The notes under the pieces: model-generated
Seen by the model: only the letters and a program-made list of their open reading frames with translations
Told to the model about the DNA's origin: nothing
Database searches by the model: none
Translations under genes and position numbers: made by a program
Shown: positions 18,102 through 27,023 of the stretch, piece by piece
Layout of the letters: each line of letters opens with the position of its first letter
How positions within the stretch are numbered: the stretch's first letter is position 1
From: Cytophagales bacterium
GTDB lineage: Bacteria; Bacteroidota; Bacteroidia; Cytophagales; UBA9547
NCBI GenBank assembly: GCA_043769845.1
Contig: JAYVIX010000211.1
Span: 1 to 48,192, forward strand
DNA: 48,192 bases
Direction of reading: 5' to 3'

Positions 18102-19022
18102 ATGGCAAAAAAGATACTTCTCACTGGTTCCAATGGTTTGTTAGGACAAAAACTAGTCGAACTGATTTCAAAAAATCCTGATTACGAACTGATCGCAACA
18201 GCTCGTGGGGAAAATAGACTTAGCAATAAAGCAGGCTACACCTATCATTCGCTTGACGTGGCCGATCGTGAGGACGTGAAAATGGTCATGAAGAAATTTG
18301 AACCTAATTATGTGATTCACACGGCCGCCATGACCAATGTAGACCAATGCGAAACGGAACAAGACGGCTGTTGGCAATTGAATGTACGTGCTGTGGAATA
18401 TCTGGTAGAAGCATGTCAGAAGATTAACTGTTTTCTGCTTCATCTGTCTACCGACTTTATTTTTGACGGAGACAATGGTCCTTATGACGAGGAAGCGGTG
18501 GCGAAACCCATCAGCTATTACGGCACCAGTAAATTGGCAGCTGAGCGTACTGTGATGAAAAGTAAAATTCCATATGCAATTGCTCGTACTGTTTTGGTAT
18601 ATGGTATTGCAGAAGACATGAGTCGCAGTAACATTATTCTTTGGGTAAAGAAAAGCTTGGAAGACAAGAAAACGATCCAAGTAGTAAACGACCAATGGCG
18701 CACGCCTACCTTGGCCGAAGATTTAGCAATAGGTTGTTTCCTAATTGTACAAAAAGATGCTGCGGGCATTTTTAATATTTCGGGTAAAGACTTTCTTTCA
18801 CCCTATCAAATGGCAATCAAAACAGCCGATTTCTTTGGTTTGGACAAAAGCTTTATTGTAGAATCGGATTCCACCAAGTTTACACAACCAGCAAAACGAC
18901 CGCCAAGAACTGGTTTTATTATCGATAAAGCAATTAATCAACTTGGTTATAATCCTGTAAGTTTTGACGAAGGTATTGCCTTTTTAGCGAATCAAGTGGC
19001 TAATATGCCGGCAAAAGTTTAA
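18102..19022 (+). CDS. dTDP-4-dehydrorhamnose reductase-like SDR oxidoreductase
   Basis: TGSNGLLG, HTAAMTNVD.CE, STDFIFDG, YGTSK and NDQWRTPT (RmlD family motifs). Confidence 0.9.
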   Translation: MAKKILLTGSNGLLGQKLVELISKNPDYELIATARGENRLSNKAGYTYHSLDVADREDVKMVMKKFEPNYVIHTAAMTNVDQCETEQDGCWQLNVRAVEYLVEACQKINCFLLHLSTDFIFDGDNGPYDEEAVAKPISYYGTSKLAAERTVMKSKIPYAIARTVLVYGIAEDMSRSNIILWVKKSLEDKKTIQVVNDQWRTPTLAEDLAIGCFLIVQKDAAGIFNISGKDFLSPYQMAIKTADFFGLDKSFIVESDSTKFTQPAKRPPRTGFIIDKAINQLGYNPVSFDEGIAFLANQVANMPAKV

Positions 19023-19029
19023 CGTAATT

Positions 19030-19062
19030 TAGATTAGAGTTCATTCATTGAACTCTAATCTA
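19030..19062. repeat. Perfect 14-bp inverted repeat upstream of the comEA-like gene
   Basis: TAGATTAGAGTTCA-TTCAT-TGAACTCTAATCTA. Confidence 0.65.
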
Positions 19063-19074
19063 TGGACTAGAACT

Positions 19075-19959
19075 ATGAACTACAAAGCGTGGCTTCGGCA
19101 TTATTTCGGCTTCACGACCAAAGAGTCGAAAGGCTTTTTGATGTTGATGGCTTTGCTTGGTCTCATTCTTATCATTCCTTTTATTTATGATTTTCTTCTA
19201 CCTGCACCCAAACCTATCGAGGTGCAGATAGAAGAACTCAAGGCCGATAGTGCTTTGGAAGAATTACAAGCCAAACAAATCGGTAAGAAATCAGATATTC
19301 CACTTTTTACTTTTGACCCTAATTCCGCTTCTGAGGTTGATTTTGTACGGTTGGGATTACCCACTTTCCTATCCAAACGCATCATCAATTATCGTTTAAA
19401 AGGAGGGAAATTCAGGAAAGCAGAAGACTTTGCCAAAATTTACGGCCTGCGTGATTCTGACTTTCAACGCTTACTTTCTTATATCCAAATAGCCGATGCT
19501 GAACGAAAGGAATACACAAAACCAGTTTATGAGAAAAAGGAGTATGCACCAGCAGTTGCCAAAACGATCGACTTAAACTTGGCTGACACGTCAGATTTTA
19601 AGAAAATAAACGGAATCGGTTCTGTATTGGCTGCGCGAATTGTCAAATACCGAAACAAATTAGGTGGCTTTACGAATGCCGAACAATTGTGTGAAGTATA
19701 TGGCCTGGATAGTTCGGTGGCGAAATTATCAGCTTCGAAATTCGTTTTAACAGATAAAAAAATAATTGAAAAAATATTAATTAATTTAGTCATTGCCGAT
19801 TCACTTGCTAAGCATCCTTATGTAGGAAGAAAAGCGGCTAAAATCCTGTGCAATTACCGCACGCAGCATGGAGCATTCAAATCAAAAGAAGACATTCTGA
19901 AAAGCAAGGCTTTGGATGCTGGCAAGGTGGAGAAATGGATGCCTTATTTGGAGTTTTAG
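19075..19959 (+). CDS. ComEA-like helix-hairpin-helix DNA-binding protein
   Basis: N-terminal TM helix; three HhH repeats (FDPNSA...IINYR.KGG.F; IDLNLAD...GIGSVLAARIVKYR..LGGF; HPYVG...NYRTQHG.F). Confidence 0.88.
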   Translation: MNYKAWLRHYFGFTTKESKGFLMLMALLGLILIIPFIYDFLLPAPKPIEVQIEELKADSALEELQAKQIGKKSDIPLFTFDPNSASEVDFVRLGLPTFLSKRIINYRLKGGKFRKAEDFAKIYGLRDSDFQRLLSYIQIADAERKEYTKPVYEKKEYAPAVAKTIDLNLADTSDFKKINGIGSVLAARIVKYRNKLGGFTNAEQLCEVYGLDSSVAKLSASKFVLTDKKIIEKILINLVIADSLAKHPYVGRKAAKILCNYRTQHGAFKSKEDILKSKALDAGKVEKWMPYLEF

Positions 19960-20067
19960 ATATCAAAACGAAGTAAACAATTGATATTTAATACTGTTAA
20001 CTAAATGTAATGCTGTAAATTGCTGAATAACAGTTGGGATAGAAGTGCAAAAAATCTAATTTTAGAC

Positions 20068-20631
20068 ATGAAGATATTTCTACTTGGTCTTACTGGAGCT
20101 GGAAAAAGTACTGTTGGCAAGTTATTGGCCAACAAACTTGGATATCCTTTTATTGATTTGGATGAAGTAATCAAATACGAAACCAAAAGAACGATTGAAG
20201 ATATTTTTGCAAAAGAAGGCGAAGAGTATTTTAGAAAACTAGAGAATAAATACCTGAAAAAAGTCGCAAGCGTAGATCGTAGGGTGATCGCAACTGGCGG
20301 TGGTACTCCTTGTTATCACGATAGCATGGATTTTATTAAAAGATCAGGATTGAGTCTTTTTCTATACACTCCACTTGAGTTGGTGACCGAAAGGCTTTTT
20401 AATTCAGACCCAAGCAATAGGCCAATGTTGAAGGGGAAAAGCAAAGAAGAACTGCATCAATTTTTATCAGACAAACTGAACGAGCGACTTCCGTTTTATT
20501 CTAGAGCTGATTTTTCGATAGATACCAATATGGCCGAACATCCTGATAAAGTGGCTTCGATGCTTTTTGTGGTAACTAGACTCATAGAACAAGAAAAGAA
20601 TAATCTTCAGCAGTATAAAATGAGTCAATAA
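20068..20631 (+). CDS. aroK: Shikimate kinase
   Basis: P-loop GLTGAGKST; DLD, GEEYFR, ATGGGTP and RPML motifs. Confidence 0.92.
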   Translation: MKIFLLGLTGAGKSTVGKLLANKLGYPFIDLDEVIKYETKRTIEDIFAKEGEEYFRKLENKYLKKVASVDRRVIATGGGTPCYHDSMDFIKRSGLSLFLYTPLELVTERLFNSDPSNRPMLKGKSKEELHQFLSDKLNERLPFYSRADFSIDTNMAEHPDKVASMLFVVTRLIEQEKNNLQQYKMSQ

Positions 20632-20633
20632 GT

Positions 20634-20665
20634 AGTCAATAGTTAATAGTCGACAGTTAATAGTT
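20634..20665. repeat. Tandem heptamer tract (AGTTAAT-type)
   Basis: AGTCAAT AGTTAAT AGTCGAC AGTTAAT AGTT right after the aroK stop. Confidence 0.7.
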
Positions 20666-20743
20666 CTGTATTTGACACAAAATCAATAACTTATAGATTT
20701 ATCAAGTGTCGAATATTTAAACCCAACTACTTAGTAGAAACAA

Positions 20744-22312
20744 CTAAAAATAACTCCCAACCGTAACCACGAAAGTGGTGCTGCCATTGGCAACGGTAGT
20801 CAATGGCTGTGAACCATTTGAAAGTGTATACGGACTGTAATGGCTAGTATAATTGGTACGATTGAGACCGAAATCGACAAACGAATTGGTGAATTTTAGA
20901 CCTAAACCCAAGCTAAACATCGTATTCGCATCTGAAACGATTCTTTTTACTCGCACATCCGTTCCGTCTACAAAAGGCGAAGGCATGTAGGCTAAGCCGC
21001 CACGAAACCTAAATATATCTTTGCGCAATTCAATTCCCGTTCTTAGGTTTACTACATCACGATATATATTTTTAATCGTTTGGTTGTCGCCAGCGAAATA
21101 ATTGGCTCCGCTTTTCTGAAACACCATGCCCGTGTAGTTGATGTATTCGCCTTCCAAACTTATAAAACCTACTTTGTTCATAAAAATGGAAGTGCCAAAA
21201 CCGATTTTCATGGGCGAGAAATACGTGTAATTGAATTTCTGAGTCGTCAGATTGCCCGATTCTTGGGTGAGGTTATATAGCGTACTGTCTGAATAATACA
21301 GAGGTATGTTGTTGTATGCCGCTGATATAGAAGCATTGTATTCTTCTTTGATAGAAAACCAGTCGGGTGTTTTGAGTGATGCACCAAATCTGACAACATC
21401 ATTCAATTTATAGATTATGCCAAGAGACAAGTTGAATCCAGTCCCTTTTACTTGGTATTTATCTGTGAATGTAAAATTATTCAAATACCATTCCCCGCCA
21501 TTTAGCAATTTTTCAGAATACGTTTTTTCGACCGTTCGTTTCAATCCAATAATCCCGATAGAACCACCGATGTACAATTGATTTTTGTAATTCGCCCCAT
21601 AGCCAAAGGACCAAGATCGCGTTGCACCACTGGTCGAAACGGTACCACTTTGTTGCATAATCTTGTCTGGTGGAATATAGCCTTTGTAATATTTGAAATC
21701 GGAAGAAATGGTATTGTCGTCCGAAATCAAATAAGTATTGTAGGCAAGGCTAGGAATAGATTGGATGTTTCTATCCGTATAATCTTTATCGTACACAAAA
21801 GCACTTGTTCCATTGGCTTGTTCGATAAATGAATTGATCATCGAGTTGTTCGCATTTTTGCCATCAAACGAAAAACTGTTGTTGTAGGATTGAAGCAAAT
21901 TCATACCGATGGCAAAAGTTCCACCTCTCCAATCGCTTTCGTTTAAATCGTCTTTTAGGCCGCAAAACGCCACACCGAGATTGTTGACACCGATAGTGGG
22001 TTTGAGGTCGGAAGTTTGCGTGCCTAAATAATGGCTCGTTGAACTGCCAAAATTCAGACCCAAACCGCCCACATATTCCGATTTGCGATACACACCCAAA
22101 CCTGCAGGGTTGGAAGATAAAGCACCCAAATCAGCACCAAGTGACGTTTGTACGCCCGCCATGCCTACCGACCGTGCCGATCCGCCCGTCTGGGTTGTGA
22201 CTCCATTGGCTAAGGCCTCTACATAATAGCCAGTTGAACGTGGGTCTATTTCTTGCGAAAATGCATTAAAAGCAAAAAAAGAACCTAGCAAAATAAATGA
22301 ATATTTATTCAT
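20744..22312 (-). CDS. Outer-membrane beta-barrel, FadL/OmpP1-like family
   Basis: Signal peptide; GSARSVGMAG...LGAD...NPAGLG (FadL-type NPA motif); alternating strands; C-terminal Phe. Confidence 0.8.
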   Translation of the reverse strand: MNKYSFILLGSFFAFNAFSQEIDPRSTGYYVEALANGVTTQTGGSARSVGMAGVQTSLGADLGALSSNPAGLGVYRKSEYVGGLGLNFGSSTSHYLGTQTSDLKPTIGVNNLGVAFCGLKDDLNESDWRGGTFAIGMNLLQSYNNSFSFDGKNANNSMINSFIEQANGTSAFVYDKDYTDRNIQSIPSLAYNTYLISDDNTISSDFKYYKGYIPPDKIMQQSGTVSTSGATRSWSFGYGANYKNQLYIGGSIGIIGLKRTVEKTYSEKLLNGGEWYLNNFTFTDKYQVKGTGFNLSLGIIYKLNDVVRFGASLKTPDWFSIKEEYNASISAAYNNIPLYYSDSTLYNLTQESGNLTTQKFNYTYFSPMKIGFGTSIFMNKVGFISLEGEYINYTGMVFQKSGANYFAGDNQTIKNIYRDVVNLRTGIELRKDIFRFRGGLAYMPSPFVDGTDVRVKRIVSDANTMFSLGLGLKFTNSFVDFGLNRTNYTSHYSPYTLSNGSQPLTTVANGSTTFVVTVGSYF

Positions 22313-22359
22313 GTTTTAAAAGATTTAAAAAAATGTTTCTGGAGTTCAAATTTCCCTTG

Positions 22360-23604
22360 CTACCTCGGTCTGGCTAATCCGCCACCGCCACCTCTTGGGG
22401 CGTTTCCACCTCCACCTCCCGCATTTCCATTTTCCATTCTTGCACCATTCGATCGGCCTGCTCCTGAATTACTTCCTCCGTTTCCGCCATTGTTGTTATT
22501 GTCGTAGCCTCTAAAACCTTCAGGTGCTGAATAGCTTTCATTTCTCGAACGGTTTTGTTCAGGAGGATTCGTTGCGGGGTTTGTTTGCTGAGGTTGCGAA
22601 TATCGTTCGCGCGGTCTTGCCAGTTCTTGAGCGGGCATTTGGTTTGAATATTGGGTGCGTTGCTGCGTGTTGCCAGATGTTCCTGGTCTGACCAATGAAT
22701 TTCCGTTTCCATTTTGACCATATCCACTTGTATTGGTAACGTTCGAGTTGTTGCGAATTGGTCCATAATTGACTTTTGGCGCAGCATAAGTCACAGGCAC
22801 ATACACGGCAGGACGCCAGCCGTAGTACGGATTGTAGCCAAAACCGCCTCCATATCCATAGTTTCCATAGCCATAATTTCCGTTGGAATAAGGATTGTAA
22901 ACATTCCAACCCCAATTGTTGGCTCCAACCCAACTATTATATCCGTAGGAATAGCCCGAATTGTAGCCATAATAAGGATTGTAATACGGATCGCCCCAAC
23001 CCCAACAACCTCCAAAACCACTATTGATACCGTAGCCATATCCATAATAAGGACTGTTCCATCCGTTGTAATAAGGATCATTCCAGCCATAGCCATTGTT
23101 CCAACCCGAATTCCACGAACCCGACATTCCAAAACCTACTCCAGACCAATTATTCCACGAAATCACAGGATTGACATTCCAACGAGAACCTTTTGCGCGT
23201 CTTCTCAGTTTGTAAGGATTATTGTCGTACCAACTATTTGTGGGCGAACTGTAACTTGACGAGGAAGACGGATTATTGTAGTAATAGTTATTGTTGATCG
23301 TATTGGCATTCTGAACTATTTGGCCTTCATTTTTCTCCGCCTCGATGTATTTATTGGTATAATTAGGATCGCTGAATTGGTTGGTTGTTGCATTTTGTTC
23401 TCCGGAAGAATCCGAACCAGAAGCGGGGTAGTTATAATAAGTACGTTCAGGATTGGCTGCCTTTATTTTGGCACTTTCTTTTTTCTTTTTTAGGTCTTTT
23501 GAATCGAAATATAAATCGTCTGCTTCGTCCTGCGCCAAAACTGGAACAACAAACACCGAAGCGAACAAGCCACAAAGTGCAATAAATCGTTTGGTAGTTT
23601 TCAT
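22360..23604 (-). CDS. Exported low-complexity Gly/Tyr/Asn/Trp-rich protein
   Basis: Signal peptide MKTTKRFIALCGLFASVFVVPVLAQ, DDLYF motif, long YGWN-rich core and Gly/Arg-rich tail. Confidence 0.8.
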   Translation of the reverse strand: MKTTKRFIALCGLFASVFVVPVLAQDEADDLYFDSKDLKKKKESAKIKAANPERTYYNYPASGSDSSGEQNATTNQFSDPNYTNKYIEAEKNEGQIVQNANTINNNYYYNNPSSSSSYSSPTNSWYDNNPYKLRRRAKGSRWNVNPVISWNNWSGVGFGMSGSWNSGWNNGYGWNDPYYNGWNSPYYGYGYGINSGFGGCWGWGDPYYNPYYGYNSGYSYGYNSWVGANNWGWNVYNPYSNGNYGYGNYGYGGGFGYNPYYGWRPAVYVPVTYAAPKVNYGPIRNNSNVTNTSGYGQNGNGNSLVRPGTSGNTQQRTQYSNQMPAQELARPRERYSQPQQTNPATNPPEQNRSRNESYSAPEGFRGYDNNNNGGNGGSNSGAGRSNGARMENGNAGGGGGNAPRGGGGGLARPR

Positions 23605-23686
23605 TTCAAATCGTTTATACTGAATCAATAACGAAAGATATTGTATTTCAGTTTATATAGCATTCATTATATTTTAGGCCAAACGC

Positions 23687-23716
23687 AAAAAGCCCCATCC
23701 AATGGACGGGGCTTTT
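23687..23716 (-). terminator. Intrinsic terminator downstream of porX
   Basis: Minus strand AAAAGCCCCGTCCA-T-TGGATGGGGCTTTTT; the G-U pair forms only on the minus RNA. Confidence 0.85.
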
Positions 23717-23768
23717 ATAAAATCTACCTAAACCTTAATCTATTAACTTAAACCTAAATCCCATTACG
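23687..23768 (-). ncRNA. Candidate small RNA of about 80 nt, or structured porX 3' UTR
   Basis: Near-consensus -7 box TAGCTTTC (23781-23774), two copies of GATTWAGGTTTARGT, then the terminator. Confidence 0.35.
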
Positions 23769-23798
23769 GGGTAGAAAGCTAAAAGGTTGGCGAAGGTG

Positions 23799-25358
23799 TC
23801 ATATTTTTTTCGATTTTACACTAACGAAGGGGATAATAATTTCTTCCAAGGAAACCCCACCGTGCTGAAAGGTATCTTTATAAAAATTAACGAAGTAGTT
23901 ATAATTGTTAGGATAAGCAAAGAAATGATCTTCATAAGCAAATACATAAGCGGTCGAAACATTTTTCTTTGGAAGGAAAAAACGCTCTGGCTTGCGTGTC
24001 ATGAACACTTTGCGTTCGTCTACCGCAAGGTTGCGGCCATGTTTGTAGCGTAAGTTCGTGTTAGTATCCTTTTCTCCCACTATTTTTTCAGGACGTTTCA
24101 CACGTATGGTGCCATGGTCGGTCGTGATCACTACACGTACTTTCTTTTCGGAAAGCCATTTCAGCGCTTCGTAAAAAGTGGAATGTAAAAACCAAGAATG
24201 GGCAATGCTTCGATAAGCCGATTCGTCCTGAGCCAATTCTTTGATCACCGCCACATCGGTACGAGCGTGCGAAAGCATGTCTACAAAATTGTATACCACT
24301 GCATTTACTTGGTTGTTCATCAAGTTTGGCAAGGTGTCGATGAAATTCTTGCCCGCTTGTTGGTTTAGGATTTTAGTATACGAATGTTTAACATCCAACT
24401 TGTTACGCTTCAATTGCGCTTCCAATAATTCGGATTCATGCATATTTTTTCCTTCTTCTTCCTCGTCACTTACCCAAAGTTTGGGATATTGTTTTTCGAT
24501 TTCAGAAGGCATCAATCCTGAAAATATCGCATTTCGAGCATAAGCCGTTGTGGTTGGAAGAATCGCGAAGTAAGTAGAGTTTTCTTCTTGATTGAAAAGT
24601 TCCATCACAAACGGCTCCATAATTTTCCACTGATCGAGACGCAAATTATCTATCAAGAAAAAGAAAACTGGCACTTCGTTATCGACCAATGGAAGCACTT
24701 TTTTCTTCATCAATTGATGCGACATCAACGGACGATTGGCTTTCGGGTCGTTCAACCAATCTTCGTAATTGTCCATTATGAAACGGGTAAAATACGAGTT
24801 GGCTTCTGTCTTCTGATTGTCAAGGACTTCCGACATGCTTTTATTGTCGGTTTTTTCGATTTCTAATTCCCAGAAAATCAGTTTGTTGTAAATCTCAGAC
24901 CATTCTTCATGATTCAGATTATCGCTATACGCCATGCTGATGTTGCGAAAATCTTGCTGATAACTGCTGGTTGTTTTCTCTGAAACCAAACGTTTATTAT
25001 CCAACAGTTTTTTCAGCGAAAGCAAAACCTGATTTGGATTGATGGGCTTGATAAGGTAATCGGCAATTTTGGAACCAATAGCCTGTTCCATAATATGTTC
25101 CTCTTCGCTTTTGGTAATCATCACGACTGGCGTATTGGGCCATTGCGTTTTGATAATAGCCAAGGTATCTAAACCAGACATTCCTGGCATGTTTTCGTCC
25201 AGAAAAACAACATCATAATGATGTGCTTTACAGCTTTCTATGGCATCAGTACCACTTACTACTGGTGTTACTTCGTATCCTTTGTTTTCGAGAAAAAGAA
25301 TGTGTGGTTTTAAAAGGTCAATTTCATCATCCGCCCAGAGTATTGTATGTTTCTGCAT
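23799..25358 (-). CDS. porX: T9SS response regulator PorX (receiver + PglZ domain)
   Basis: ILWADDEIDLLKPH, FLDENMPG, IDNLRLDQW, LPTTTAYARNAIFSG, TTDHG and FQHGGVSLEE motifs. Confidence 0.93.
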   Translation of the reverse strand: MQKHTILWADDEIDLLKPHILFLENKGYEVTPVVSGTDAIESCKAHHYDVVFLDENMPGMSGLDTLAIIKTQWPNTPVVMITKSEEEHIMEQAIGSKIADYLIKPINPNQVLLSLKKLLDNKRLVSEKTTSSYQQDFRNISMAYSDNLNHEEWSEIYNKLIFWELEIEKTDNKSMSEVLDNQKTEANSYFTRFIMDNYEDWLNDPKANRPLMSHQLMKKKVLPLVDNEVPVFFFLIDNLRLDQWKIMEPFVMELFNQEENSTYFAILPTTTAYARNAIFSGLMPSEIEKQYPKLWVSDEEEEGKNMHESELLEAQLKRNKLDVKHSYTKILNQQAGKNFIDTLPNLMNNQVNAVVYNFVDMLSHARTDVAVIKELAQDESAYRSIAHSWFLHSTFYEALKWLSEKKVRVVITTDHGTIRVKRPEKIVGEKDTNTNLRYKHGRNLAVDERKVFMTRKPERFFLPKKNVSTAYVFAYEDHFFAYPNNYNYFVNFYKDTFQHGGVSLEEIIIPFVSVKSKKI

Positions 25359-25486
25359 TTGGTCTACGTTAAAATGTATTTAGTATAAAAGTATAATCTG
25401 TATGTATACCGGCCAAAACAAATTTAGTTTGAAAATTCCTGCCTTAGCGCAATTTAAATTAAATTGCGGGTCTAATGGATTGAACG

Positions 25487-26179
25487 ATGAAATTTGGTGT
25501 TTTAGTATTCCCCGGTTCAAATTGTGACCAAGACATGGTAGATGCGCTAGAACATAGCGTAGGAGCCGATGTAGTAAAACTTTGGCACAAAGAGGCTGAT
25601 TTGAAAGGCTGTGATTTTATCATCGTGCCTGGCGGTTTTTCGTATGGCGATTATTTGCGTACTGGTGCCATTGCGCGCTTTTCGCCAGTGATGGACAAAG
25701 TGATGGAACATGCCGAAAAAGGAGGTTATGTATTTGGGGTTTGCAATGGTTTTCAGATTCTGACCGAATCGGGCTTGCTTCCTGGTGCTTTGCTACGCAA
25801 TACCGACATGAAATTTACGTGCAAAAACGTATACTTAAAACCAAGTTCGAGCAGTGCATTGGTTACTTCGAAATTGGACGCCAGCAAGCCGTATATGATT
25901 CCAATCGCGCATGGAGAAGGACGTTATTATGCGGATGAAAAAACGCTAAAAGAATTGCAAGATACTGATAGTATTCTATTTAAATACTGCAACGAACACG
26001 GTGTGGTGGATGAAGAATCAAACCCGAACGGTTCGTTATTGAACATTGCAGGCGTGATGAATAAAGGCAAAAACGTATTTGGAATGATGCCTCACCCAGA
26101 AAGAGCTGCAAATGCCATGTTGGGCAACGAAGATGGAAAATCGATTTTTGAATCGTTGCTTGCAGAAGTGTTGGCGTAA
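25487..26179 (+). CDS. purQ: Phosphoribosylformylglycinamidine synthase subunit PurQ
   Basis: FPGSNCD, PGGFSYGDYLR, GVCNGFQIL, IAHGEG and GMMPHPER motifs. Confidence 0.97.
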   Translation: MKFGVLVFPGSNCDQDMVDALEHSVGADVVKLWHKEADLKGCDFIIVPGGFSYGDYLRTGAIARFSPVMDKVMEHAEKGGYVFGVCNGFQILTESGLLPGALLRNTDMKFTCKNVYLKPSSSSALVTSKLDASKPYMIPIAHGEGRYYADEKTLKELQDTDSILFKYCNEHGVVDEESNPNGSLLNIAGVMNKGKNVFGMMPHPERAANAMLGNEDGKSIFESLLAEVLA

Positions 26180-26183
26180 ATAT

Positions 26184-26264
26184 AATTATGAGTGATGAAT
26201 TATAAATGATGAATATAAAGCGTTCGCTTTTGCATTTATAACTCATTACTTATAACTCTTCATT
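26184..26264. repeat. Inverted heptamer-repeat element (AATGATG / CATCATT type)
   Basis: AATTATG AGTGATG AATTATA AATGATG, tip AAAGCG-TT-CGCTTT, then TATAACT CATTACT TATAACT CTTCATT. Confidence 0.8.
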
Positions 26265-26268
26265 CAGA

Positions 26269-26718
26269 ATGGCTTATATCGGATTACTTACTTTTATTGT
26301 GACGGGGATGCTTTTTCTCTCCGCCACTTTTTTGCTTTCGAAGGTGTTGCGTCCCAACAATCCTGACGATGAAAAACTTAGTACCTACGAATGTGGCGAA
26401 GAAGCGATCAGTGCTGGTCAAATCCAGTTCAATTCTCGTTTTTTTGTGATTGCATTGATATTTGTTTTGTTCGAAGTCGAGATTATTTTTCTGTTCCCGT
26501 GGGCGATTGTCTATTCAAACCCACAATTGATCGCAGAAACGAATGGTCTTTGGGCTAAAATTGCTTTAATAGAAATGCTCGTTTTTGTGCTTGTATTAGG
26601 CCTCGGACTTGCTTATGCTTGGGCAAAAGGCCATCTCGACTGGATAAAACCAGAAACCAAACCAACTGAAATTGATTATGCCATTCCGATGGAAGTGTAT
26701 GATGGCTTGAGGAAGTAG
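26269..26718 (+). CDS. nuoA: NADH-quinone oxidoreductase subunit A
   Basis: KLSTYECGE, FFVIALIFVLFEVEIIFLFPWA, YAWAKGHLDW. Confidence 0.93.
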   Translation: MAYIGLLTFIVTGMLFLSATFLLSKVLRPNNPDDEKLSTYECGEEAISAGQIQFNSRFFVIALIFVLFEVEIIFLFPWAIVYSNPQLIAETNGLWAKIALIEMLVFVLVLGLGLAYAWAKGHLDWIKPETKPTEIDYAIPMEVYDGLRK

Positions 26719-26741
26719 ATTATTAGGATTCAAGAGAACCT

Positions 26742-26775
26742 AATATTTGTCATTATCAATATAATGACAAATATT
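26742..26775. repeat. Perfect 15-bp inverted repeat after nuoA
   Basis: AATATTTGTCATTAT-CAAT-ATAATGACAAATATT. Confidence 0.6.
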
Positions 26776-27023
26776 TCATTGTATTGATATTAAAGAAGCA
26801 ATCAAACTGGATCCTTCTGTTGAATAAAATAAAAAACTACGTCAGTTCGACTTTTAGCAAAAAAAGCAATCTTCCAAACTTTGTGCGATTCTTAGAATAA
26901 ATACAGTTAAACATTTCCATAGTACAATCTGAAAATTACACGACATAATTTAACTCAAACAAAACGGCCTTTTCTTCGTACAAGCCAACATTATTTATAT
27001 TTTCGCAGATACTACATTTTAAG

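Noticed and set aside
22374-23259. Several long alternative-frame ORFs over the Gly/Tyr/Asn-rich gene
   Set aside because: Expected by-product of low-complexity codon usage; no independent starts or motifs.
26783-26935. TPR-like fragment IKEAIKLDP in the nuoA-pgm gap
   Set aside because: Only a few residues match and the frame has multiple stops.
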